Source: Pseudobdellovibrionaceae bacterium (GTDB taxonomy: Bacteria > Bdellovibrionota > Bdellovibrionia > Bdellovibrionales > Bdellovibrionaceae). Taken from it: a stretch of DNA of 50,008 nucleotides. The DNA lies in contig JACMMZ010000036.1 of assembly GCA_014378775.1 (NCBI GenBank), positions 1 through 50,008 on the forward strand. The letters run 5' to 3'. This document shows, piece after piece, positions 29,075 to 37,846 of this stretch. The notes under the pieces were generated by a model. That model worked only from the letters and a program-made list of their open reading frames with translations. It searched no databases and was not told the origin of the DNA. The first letter of the stretch is position 1. Each line of letters begins with the position of its first letter. A program made the position numbers and the translations under genes.

Positions 29075-29884
29075 ATGAAAAAAATTATTTTTATTTTTAT
29101 TTTTATTTCATTATCTTGTTCGCAGAATTTATTTCAGAATACTTCGAGCTTGAGTCCCGATGAAGAAAATTACGCTAAAGCGATGAATGCTTTGAACATG
29201 CAGAGTTACGATCAGGTCATTGCCATAGTGAACAACCAAATGACTCCGGCAGGCCAATTTACTCCAAAGGTCAGAGAGCTTTTAGCCAGTGCCTATGCCG
29301 GAAAGTGCGGGCTCAATTTTCTTGATTACACCAACAAATTAACTCAGCAAAGTAGTGGTTCTGCGATGTCGAATCTATCTAAGCCCTTTATTCAAGTGCC
29401 GGTGAATCCAGTCTCGTGTCGTTTGGCATTGCAAACCATGGAGTTAATCGGCCCTACGGCCAGTCGCACTAACAATCAAAATATTTTTACCTCCATCACT
29501 GGGATGGTCCTTATCGGCACAGCTCTTCGCGGTTATGCTGATCTTTCCCCGCCACTCGGAGACGGGATCGCTGATATTAATTTATGTACTGGTTTCACGG
29601 ATGCTCAGATTAATGATATTATAATCGGATTTGGTTTTTTCAATAAAAATTTTTCAGCTGTAACTTCAACCATGATCGGGTCTTATTCAAGTTTTGCTTT
29701 GGGTGATGTGGTTACGCTTTGTAACAATGCCGTCGGATCTGCGGCATGTTCAGTCACCGATCCCGCATCTATAACGGCTCCTATGCGCGATTCTTTTCGA
29801 GATCTGGTTAACACTCAAGAGTATGGAATCGGTGCTTATGTAACCGGAGGGGACCCCAGCCGGGTGCCGGCTTCATGCCCTTAA
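29075..29884 (+). CDS. Helical, Cys-containing lipoprotein of unknown function
   Basis: Lipobox SLSC, TPR-like helices (LASAYAGKCG), 6 further Cys. Confidence 0.8.
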   Translation: MKKIIFIFIFISLSCSQNLFQNTSSLSPDEENYAKAMNALNMQSYDQVIAIVNNQMTPAGQFTPKVRELLASAYAGKCGLNFLDYTNKLTQQSSGSAMSNLSKPFIQVPVNPVSCRLALQTMELIGPTASRTNNQNIFTSITGMVLIGTALRGYADLSPPLGDGIADINLCTGFTDAQINDIIIGFGFFNKNFSAVTSTMIGSYSSFALGDVVTLCNNAVGSAACSVTDPASITAPMRDSFRDLVNTQEYGIGAYVTGGDPSRVPASCP

Positions 29885-30984
29885 AAATTATTTTTTTAAT
29901 ACTTAATTTAACTTCAATTTCGCGGGCCGATTCATTATTTACGCCGAATCTCAATGCGCGTGCTCGTGCCATGGGAGGAACTTCCATCGCCTACACCCGG
30001 GGAGCAGACGCCCTTTTTTACAATGCAGCAGCACTGGCACGCATTGAAGGCTACAGTTTGAAAATTGCCGATGCCAATGTTGGAGCCTCGAAAAATTCGA
30101 AACGTCTTATTGATCAAGGCTTTTCCAGTAGCAGTTCACTGACCGCCGCCGATCTTCAGGGTTTATACGGCGAAACTTATTTTGCGGAAGCATCAGCACA
30201 ATCAGGAATGGTTTTTCCATTTTTTGGTTTTGGTGCCTACAGTTCAAATTACACCTCCGAGATTTTTAATAATCCGGTTTTTCCCACTTTCAATGTCGAT
30301 TTTCAAAGTGAATATGGCTATTTAATTGCCGGAGCCTTGCCGATTACCGAAAATGTTTCCTTTGGGTTGACCGGAAGACATATGAAACGCTGGAGTGGTA
30401 AAAAAGATATCTTGGTTACAGATTTAATCGGAACAACGGACCGCAACGTCATCGAAGCTCGCTTTCAGGATAAAGGAACTGGCGAAGCCTTAGACGTTTC
30501 TTTTCTTGCGACACTTCCGGATAAAAATCTAAATTTTGCGGTAGTGTGGAAAGATATCGGAAACACCGCTTACCGCATAGATACTGGCAACGGTCCGGAA
30601 CGTCAGGATGATAATTTATCCTTTGGTGTTTCAAAAATATCAAAATACAGTTTTTTTGATATGACCTATGCTTTTGAATATGATCATATTCGCCAAGCTA
30701 ACGAAAATATTTCTAAGAAATTGCACTTAGGTGCAGAAATGTCGATTGGACCTTTGGATCTACGAGCAGGCCTTTCGCAAGGGAACCTGACCTACGGAGC
30801 TGGGGTCGATTTATGGCTGATTAATATCGAAGCTGCAGCTTATTCAGATGAATTGGGCACCTCCGTAGGTCAAGCGCGAAACGATCGCTACCAAGCTAGC
30901 GTCAGCATCACATTGGATTTTGATCAGGCTTTCAAATTAAAAAACCAAATGGGTAAAAAAAGAAGACTTCTTCAAAGAAGATAG
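29875..30984 (+). CDS. FadL/PorV/TraF-like outer-membrane barrel (paralog of 28009)
   Basis: ARARAMGG..ADALFYNAAAL hatch motif, LHLGAE, LRAGLSQG, basic C-terminal tail. Confidence 0.7.
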   Translation: MPLKIIFLILNLTSISRADSLFTPNLNARARAMGGTSIAYTRGADALFYNAAALARIEGYSLKIADANVGASKNSKRLIDQGFSSSSSLTAADLQGLYGETYFAEASAQSGMVFPFFGFGAYSSNYTSEIFNNPVFPTFNVDFQSEYGYLIAGALPITENVSFGLTGRHMKRWSGKKDILVTDLIGTTDRNVIEARFQDKGTGEALDVSFLATLPDKNLNFAVVWKDIGNTAYRIDTGNGPERQDDNLSFGVSKISKYSFFDMTYAFEYDHIRQANENISKKLHLGAEMSIGPLDLRAGLSQGNLTYGAGVDLWLINIEAAAYSDELGTSVGQARNDRYQASVSITLDFDQAFKLKNQMGKKRRLLQRR

Positions 30985-30997
30985 ATAATATATCGGG

Positions 30998-33667
30998 ATG
31001 TTGAATTTTATAAACATCGCTGATGCCAATGAAATTAAAACCTACGTTGACCAATTCAATTCGCAAAATTCCACCTGGATCGTTTCAGATTTAAAATCAA
31101 AACTTGATATTCAAAATAGATGTCTAAACAAAGACGGATTCTTTTTAGATGATTCTATTTTACGTATCAGCGATTTCTGGCGCCTCTGGTTACGTAGGCT
31201 GAGTCCTGATTTATCCGTTGTAAGTTCAGATTTTATAAAAATACTGGTGCAAAATTTTATTCATTCTGATCAATTCAAAGATTTTGAATTAGAACCGCAT
31301 CAGCATTCGACCGTATACCGTTACCTCAACGAATTAGCTCCGGTCATTTTAAGTCCTCAGTCCGATGAAATTATCCAGGACTGGATGAAAACAAAAAATA
31401 AAACTTGGTACAAATGGTATCTTATTTCACGTTTATGCTTAAATTATTTAGTGCGTGAAAAAAAAGTTATTGATAGTCAGTGGATTCCTAGTTTTATCCA
31501 AAATTTAGATATGAATTTTTTTAGTTGGCAGAAACATATTTATCTTGATCTGGGATCCGAAATGACTTCTGTCGAAATGGGAATTTTTCAAATCTTGTCA
31601 AAAAAAAATGACGTGACAGTTTTCGTGCCAAATCCCGATTGGAAAGATAAATACCGCTATTTATTAAATACCTATGCCACCAACAGCGGGTACTCCGCTC
31701 AGTCTACACAAATTACAACTTCGTCAAAAGTTAAGGATGAAATTTCAAATTCAAGTCATTACATGCGATTTTCGACAGAGGCCCTAGAAATAAAATACAT
31801 CGTCAGTCAAGTTCGCGCTTGGATCGATTCAGGATCTGAACCCATCCATATTGGCTTGATGTCTCCTCGGGTAGAAGAATACTGGCCGATTTTGAAAATT
31901 CACTTAGATCAAGAAGGTATTCCTTACAATAAAAAAAATGTAGCCTCCATGTTGAGCCTCGGTTGCTTCCAATTATTAATTTCTAAAATAAAAAGCTTAT
32001 CCCGAGACGTCAGCTGGGAAAGTCTCGAGCAGTCTTATTATGGCGAAGCTGAAGCGCCGGACCATTTAGAATACGAAAAATTTAAAGCCCAGTTTTTTGA
32101 ACTGATGGATGCCGAAGATTTATTCCGTCAGGATGAAATAAAGAAAATTTTCTATCATAAAATTAATTTGAAAGATCGAATCAAACGTCTGCCTTTTCTT
32201 GCCGTTGTTTTTAAGACATGGTCTGATCTAAATTTGGCTGAAAATAAAGTGGCTTTAAGTTACCTGGAAATAGCGTTTAAAGATTTTCTTTCTCGAACCA
32301 CCGATTTGGAAGTCAGCGTAGATCAATGGGTTTCAATTTTCACGGCGGGCCTATCTCAAAAAGAAGTCACGCTGGATAAAGCCGAGGGGACGGGTATCGA
32401 TATTGGCTCAAGTCAATCCAGCCATTTGTTTAACGTACGAAACGTAATATGGTTTGGGTTAGATGATTCCGGATTTAAGAAAAATTCAAATACAATGATT
32501 CCTTTAGTCGATATCGAAGAATTAAAATACGAATTCGATTTTCCTTTAAATTACCCTGAAGAAAGTCACACCGAATTTAATATTCGTTGGCTGTCTGAGT
32601 ACCGGTTTAATCAGCAAATTTTTACCTGTTCCCTTTTTAATTCACAAGCGGAACCTTTGAACACGTCGAGTTTAATTCTAGAGAACTGCTTGGCTCCTGA
32701 TGTTCAGTTTAATATACAAGACCACGGCACACGCCTCGATAGTCTTCAACTTATTCAGCAGGCTACAGAAAAAATACAACTAGAACTGCATGACCATGAA
32801 GTGGTTGTACCTGGCTATCGTCCCGGTGAATTATCCATGACCGACGTTATTAATTACGATCACTGTGCCTTTAAATTATTAGCCGCTAAGGGGTTTAAAC
32901 TTAAAGATTATCCGGTGGTGTCCATTGACTTAGATCCGCGCCAGCGAGGATCCGTATCTCATAGTTTATTCGAATATCTCGTGACAGATAAAAGGTACAA
33001 AAACTTCGATGCCCTGCAGACTTCCACCTTTTTAGACACTCTACGTCAGGGTTATAAACTCTATTTAAATATGGATGATTTTTGGCAGGCTCAGAAAAAA
33101 AAGTTGATGGAGACGGCCGTGAAGTTTTCCCAATTTGAAAATAAACGGATAGCAGGGCTTACGATCAAACACCTCGTCGAATTGGATTTCAAACTAAAGC
33201 TAAAAGAAATTTCGGTGAACGGACGAATTGACCGAGTTGACGTTTTTGATGACGAAGCCGCTGTCATTTTTGATTATAAACGCTCCGCTTCAGACGGCAC
33301 CAGTTATGGTGTTAACTGGATGGGTAAAAAAGAATTTCAGATGTTATTTTATATGCTGGCTCTGCAGGAGACGTTGAACTTGAAAGACCAAGCGGCTTAT
33401 TACTTTTTTTATAAAAATATGGAAGTTTACAAAGGGATTATGAATGAAGCGGCAGCTGAAACTTCCGACATTTATCAGGCCATCCAGCCAAGAAAAAAAT
33501 CTGTGGTCTCCAATGAGACTTACCTCAATTTGAAGTCCGAATTTAAAAACTATATTTTAAATCTTGAGCAAAAACTACACGCCGGAATTTTTACCGCGCG
33601 GCCGTTCAAGGTAGACATTTGCACCTCGTGTGATTGGAATACATTATGTCGAGCTCATCACCTTTAG
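30998..33667 (+). CDS. addB: AddB-like nuclease subunit
   Basis: C-terminal PD-(D/E)XK motif GRIDRVD..DYK; Fe-S ligands DHCAF plus CTSCDWNTLC; upstream of addA. Confidence 0.8.
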   Translation: MLNFINIADANEIKTYVDQFNSQNSTWIVSDLKSKLDIQNRCLNKDGFFLDDSILRISDFWRLWLRRLSPDLSVVSSDFIKILVQNFIHSDQFKDFELEPHQHSTVYRYLNELAPVILSPQSDEIIQDWMKTKNKTWYKWYLISRLCLNYLVREKKVIDSQWIPSFIQNLDMNFFSWQKHIYLDLGSEMTSVEMGIFQILSKKNDVTVFVPNPDWKDKYRYLLNTYATNSGYSAQSTQITTSSKVKDEISNSSHYMRFSTEALEIKYIVSQVRAWIDSGSEPIHIGLMSPRVEEYWPILKIHLDQEGIPYNKKNVASMLSLGCFQLLISKIKSLSRDVSWESLEQSYYGEAEAPDHLEYEKFKAQFFELMDAEDLFRQDEIKKIFYHKINLKDRIKRLPFLAVVFKTWSDLNLAENKVALSYLEIAFKDFLSRTTDLEVSVDQWVSIFTAGLSQKEVTLDKAEGTGIDIGSSQSSHLFNVRNVIWFGLDDSGFKKNSNTMIPLVDIEELKYEFDFPLNYPEESHTEFNIRWLSEYRFNQQIFTCSLFNSQAEPLNTSSLILENCLAPDVQFNIQDHGTRLDSLQLIQQATEKIQLELHDHEVVVPGYRPGELSMTDVINYDHCAFKLLAAKGFKLKDYPVVSIDLDPRQRGSVSHSLFEYLVTDKRYKNFDALQTSTFLDTLRQGYKLYLNMDDFWQAQKKKLMETAVKFSQFENKRIAGLTIKHLVELDFKLKLKEISVNGRIDRVDVFDDEAAVIFDYKRSASDGTSYGVNWMGKKEFQMLFYMLALQETLNLKDQAAYYFFYKNMEVYKGIMNEAAAETSDIYQAIQPRKKSVVSNETYLNLKSEFKNYILNLEQKLHAGIFTARPFKVDICTSCDWNTLCRAHHL

Positions 33668-36600
33668 AATTAAAAACCCCCTTTCCATCCAGATTCATTC
33701 GTGCCGGAGCCGGAGCCGGCAAAACGACGACATTGATCAAAACTTTTTTTGAGTTTGTTGAATATTACAAATCCCAGTACAACAAACTTCCGAAAATTAT
33801 CATGACGACGTTCACCCGCAAAGCCACTCAAGAGGTGAAAGAGCGATTACTCCTACACGCCATGAATTTAGGGCGTCAGGATTTATTCCAGTACATCAAC
33901 AAAAAATCTTTGGTTCACATTTCGACCATCCACGGTGTTCTAAGTTTGATGTTATCAAAAAATCATGATCTTCTCGGTCTATCCAGTGACATTAAAGTCT
34001 GTGACCATAAAGTTTTGTATAAAACTTATTACCGCGAATTGAAATCGATTTTCAAGGTGCATCCCGAATACATCGATTTGCTAGATCATTACAATTTCAA
34101 AGACTTGGTCACTTTAGCGATCAAGTTTCACGAAAGCTCATCGGAGCACAGTATTCAGTATGTGGGTCAGAATATATTAAAAGAGCTTCGACAAAAAAAG
34201 ATAAGGGAAGCCTTAGTAGACTTCGACGAAATTTTGCGAATCAAACCTCAGATGGCAAGTCATAAAAGCTGGGGACCTTATTTTGAATTTATCGAAAAAT
34301 TTGCTCATGCGTTTCGGACCGGCGAATTTGCAAAAGCTCTTGAAATCTTCGAAAATAAAGCTTCGAAACCTTCATTCCCTAAAGCTAAACACTTATTTGA
34401 AATTTCCATTCATGATAAAATTTCCGCTTACTTTTCGTCTGAATCAGATTTATGGGAATCGTTAGATTCCGATGAATTTATTGTGACTCACGAAGCGGTT
34501 AATTCTTTGTTTGATCGACTTGCTCGTGAATTTCATCAACGGGTTTCATTAATTAAAAAACAATCCGGTCAGATTTCAATCAATGATTTAGAAACTTTAG
34601 CTTTAAAATTGATTACAGAATTCCCGCAACAGGTGCAAAATTTTTCTAGTCAGTATGATTATTTTATGGTTGATGAATATCAAGACACTTCCCCTTTGCA
34701 AGTCAAAATTCTCAATGCTCTTATTGGTAGTCAGTCACAGTTCACCGTAGGTGATCCTCAGCAAAGTATTTATCTTTTCCGCGGAGCACGATCCGAAGTT
34801 TTTACTGAAAAGGAAAATCAGTCGCGACAAAAAAATCACGAGCTCATCCAGCTGGATACAAACTATCGGTCTGATCACAAGTTGATGCATCTTTTGAATG
34901 ACACAACTCAAATATTTTCTGAACAGTTTTTACCCATGCTTCCGAAAGAAATATCGCAAAGTGAAAACGACGTTCAAGCTTATTACGTGAAAACTGAAGA
35001 CGAATACGCTGGATTGGTCAACCACATCGCTCGGATGAATAAAAAAGGCATTCCTTTTGGGGAAATTTGTATTTTATTTAATAAAAATAACGATATTTTT
35101 GATTTTGCAAAATACGCCTTGAAAAACAATATTCCGGTGCAATCTTTGATTGCCGCAGGATTCGATCGTAAACGCGAAATCATTGATTTGGTGTCATTTC
35201 TGAAATTTCTGGTTAATCCTTTCGATAATTGGAATCTACACATCCTTTTACGCAGCCCCTGGTTTACTATTACCGATTCAGAAATAGTCTCGTTACGTCA
35301 GGGTAAAATTGAGCAAAATAAAAGTCTCTGGCTGCAATTAAAACACGGTCAGCATGTAGATGGAAAAAAATTAGTGCAGTACCTTGAATGTTACCAGCAA
35401 CAAGGAGTTCTTGCCGCGCTTGAAAAATTCATTTTAGATTCAGGTTTTTTAATGAACAGTCATTTATTAGACCCCACTGGAAAACGTGAGGCGAATGTTT
35501 ATAAATTTATTTCAAATCTCAAACAAAATATTCGTTCTGAGCAATTCATTTTAAATGATTTTTTATCGGCTCAGTTTAGTTCGTTTCAAGAGGATTTAAG
35601 TTCCAATTTAAACGAATCAGTGGCTCTTTTTAGTGGTAATCGTGTTTCGATCATGACCATTCATGGATCAAAAGGCCTTCAGTTTAAACATGTGATTTTA
35701 GCCGGAGTGGGTGGGAAGCCCAAGCAAACCAATATTCTTCAGTTCATCACAAACCCCGACACTCATCTATACAGTATCCCGGTTCTTAACCAGGAAATGA
35801 AATTAACCTGGTCGCAGTGGGGAAAACAACAAAGGCGTATTTTAAATGAAAAAGAATATCAGGAATATGAACGTTTATTTTACGTCGCGATTACCCGCGC
35901 TGAAAAAAGTATTTCCTTTGTCGCCGAGACCGTTAAAAAGCCGGCTTCAAATAGCTGGTACACTAAATTAAATTGGCCTGTCGCAGGACTTCATCAAAGC
36001 GAAAACTACACTTTGGAAAGCCTTGAGTACGGATTAGAAATCGATCCGGTTGATTATATCGTTAGCGAAGAAATTCCAGTAAAATCAAAACTTAATTTTA
36101 CCGCGCCATCCAGTAAACCTTCGATGGGAACAATTTCTGTGACCGAACTTATATCAAATCCAGAAAGTGCAATTCCCACGGCAAATTCGTCAGTGAAAAC
36201 TGTAGCAAACGAAAAAATGATTGATCATCTTAGTAAAGCTCAGAAAGGAACTGATCTTCACCGCTTATTTGAATCAACAAAATATTTGCCTCACGAAGTC
36301 GTTTTGGCTCAAGCCACTGCTGAGGAGAAATCAGCTTTAAATTGGCTTATGCATTTAAAACAAATTCCCTTTCAGGAAATTTTGAATCAGGGATACACCG
36401 AATGGGGTTTTGGTTTAAGGACTCAGGTTGGAGTCGTGCAAGGTCAGATTGATCTTTGGGGTCGCATTAATCATCAAGTCTATATTTTAGATTATAAAAC
36501 AGGAAGCTCCAGCTACTCTGAAAAAGCTTTGAATCAGCTTCGTCGGTATTCAGAATGCCTCAAAAAAATGAATTTGATCAAGCCTCAAGACCAAGTGCAG

Positions 36601-36675
36601 CTGGTGGTTTTATATCCTTTCGAAGAAAAAATAATCATCGAACATTGCGATGAATCCGAGATCAGCGTCATCTAA
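33634..36675 (+). CDS. addA: AddA-like UvrD helicase-nuclease
   Basis: AGAGAGKT, TFTRKA, DEYQDT, VGDPQQSIY, TIHGSKGLQF, YVAITRA, C-terminal GQIDL..DYKT; start may be ATG 33646. Confidence 0.88.
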   Translation: MEYIMSSSSPLELKTPFPSRFIRAGAGAGKTTTLIKTFFEFVEYYKSQYNKLPKIIMTTFTRKATQEVKERLLLHAMNLGRQDLFQYINKKSLVHISTIHGVLSLMLSKNHDLLGLSSDIKVCDHKVLYKTYYRELKSIFKVHPEYIDLLDHYNFKDLVTLAIKFHESSSEHSIQYVGQNILKELRQKKIREALVDFDEILRIKPQMASHKSWGPYFEFIEKFAHAFRTGEFAKALEIFENKASKPSFPKAKHLFEISIHDKISAYFSSESDLWESLDSDEFIVTHEAVNSLFDRLAREFHQRVSLIKKQSGQISINDLETLALKLITEFPQQVQNFSSQYDYFMVDEYQDTSPLQVKILNALIGSQSQFTVGDPQQSIYLFRGARSEVFTEKENQSRQKNHELIQLDTNYRSDHKLMHLLNDTTQIFSEQFLPMLPKEISQSENDVQAYYVKTEDEYAGLVNHIARMNKKGIPFGEICILFNKNNDIFDFAKYALKNNIPVQSLIAAGFDRKREIIDLVSFLKFLVNPFDNWNLHILLRSPWFTITDSEIVSLRQGKIEQNKSLWLQLKHGQHVDGKKLVQYLECYQQQGVLAALEKFILDSGFLMNSHLLDPTGKREANVYKFISNLKQNIRSEQFILNDFLSAQFSSFQEDLSSNLNESVALFSGNRVSIMTIHGSKGLQFKHVILAGVGGKPKQTNILQFITNPDTHLYSIPVLNQEMKLTWSQWGKQQRRILNEKEYQEYERLFYVAITRAEKSISFVAETVKKPASNSWYTKLNWPVAGLHQSENYTLESLEYGLEIDPVDYIVSEEIPVKSKLNFTAPSSKPSMGTISVTELISNPESAIPTANSSVKTVANEKMIDHLSKAQKGTDLHRLFESTKYLPHEVVLAQATAEEKSALNWLMHLKQIPFQEILNQGYTEWGFGLRTQVGVVQGQIDLWGRINHQVYILDYKTGSSSYSEKALNQLRRYSECLKKMNLIKPQDQVQLVVLYPFEEKIIIEHCDESEISVI

Positions 36676-36838
36676 CAGCTGTAATTCTTTTAGTCACTGG
36701 TAGTAAAAAGTAACCAATTTACATGGTTTCAAAAATAGTTTTGATGAAGACCCCTCGCCCGTGAACTAAAGATCTGAACAAATTCAAAGGCTTACTATGT
36801 TGCAAGAAATACACGGGTTCTAAATGCCTGGTTTTTTC

Positions 36839-36854
36839 TGGTACGGAACTCGCA
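36839..36854 (+). promoter_or_regulatory. Putative sigma54 promoter
   Basis: TGGTACGGAACTCGCA, GG-N10-GC, about 50 nt upstream of the ATG. Confidence 0.55.
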
Positions 36855-36905
36855 TAGAGGGTATTGGTGGTGTTTAAAAAAAGATCACAAGAAATAGGGT
36901 TGTAA

Positions 36906-37787
36906 ATGATGAGACGATCAAATTTAAAGCGAACTGTTCTGCTAGGCACCATGATATTCATGATGGCGCCTTCCGTTTTAAAAGCTCAAGATTCGACCGT
37001 GAATGCCGTCCGCGTTGCACCTACTCCGATTGGTACCAGTGTAACCGTGATCGAAGAAACTTTAACTAAAAAAAGCCCTTTCGCGATAAATTTAGGTCTC
37101 GAAATGGCAGAGAAAATTCAGAAAGATGAATTTACGCCAAAAGAAAACAGTCTCACGATGACCATTGAGCCTATCTATAGATTTAACGAAACTTTCGTTG
37201 GCTCAGCAAGAATTGCGATCAACCAAGATAATTTCGGTCAGCACGAAACAACCGCTTCTGATGGAACTATTTCATTAGGCATCAAGGGTTACGATTTCAA
37301 TCCTGAATTTAAAACGGTGCATGCGCTAAGTACCGTCGTTCCGGTGGCAGAGAAAACCGTTAAAACAGACCGTTTAAAGGGAAGTCTCTCAACTTCAAAC
37401 GGAATCGCCTACACGGGTTTGTATTTTAATCTCACTTATAAATTAGGACTCGTCCGTTTCTTTCATGAATTCACGCAAAACGCGGACGGTTCACCGAATC
37501 TTCAATACCGCGTTTCTCATTTGCTCGATTTAAAAGTTCCAATCACAGAAAAATGGAGCATAGGAACTGTAGGTACTTATCGCAATGGATTTACTTACAA
37601 AGGATTCGAACGATATTCATTTATTTTTGATGCTGATTTAAGTTACGAGGTTAATCAATACTTAGCGATGAACATCGGAACTTCGACTGACGGTAATGCT
37701 CTGAAGTCGAACGGTGTGGATTCAAACATCAAAGTGTTTGACGAAAATACCGGATCTTACCGTTTTGGACTTTCCTACACATACTAA
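36906..37787 (+). CDS. Putative outer-membrane beta-barrel protein
   Basis: Signal peptide (LKA-Q), alternating strands, C-terminal YRFGLSYTY. Confidence 0.7.
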   Translation: MMRRSNLKRTVLLGTMIFMMAPSVLKAQDSTVNAVRVAPTPIGTSVTVIEETLTKKSPFAINLGLEMAEKIQKDEFTPKENSLTMTIEPIYRFNETFVGSARIAINQDNFGQHETTASDGTISLGIKGYDFNPEFKTVHALSTVVPVAEKTVKTDRLKGSLSTSNGIAYTGLYFNLTYKLGLVRFFHEFTQNADGSPNLQYRVSHLLDLKVPITEKWSIGTVGTYRNGFTYKGFERYSFIFDADLSYEVNQYLAMNIGTSTDGNALKSNGVDSNIKVFDENTGSYRFGLSYTY

Positions 37788-37846
37788 AAATTAAAAATAA
37801 AATAAAAGAAATTTTAAAGAATTAATAAAAGACAGGGGATACACAA

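Noticed and set aside
28009-30984. Conjugative element suggested by TraF-like barrels
   Set aside because: No relaxase, coupling protein, T4SS or integrase; flanked by core genes coaE and addB.
30998-36675. Anti-phage nuclease-helicase system or Cas4-associated locus
   Set aside because: Order and motifs fit ordinary AddAB; no CRISPR array or cas genes seen.
36719-36961. 80-aa minus-strand ORF in the addA-barrel gap
   Set aside because: It overlaps the barrel start and promoter and has no motif support.
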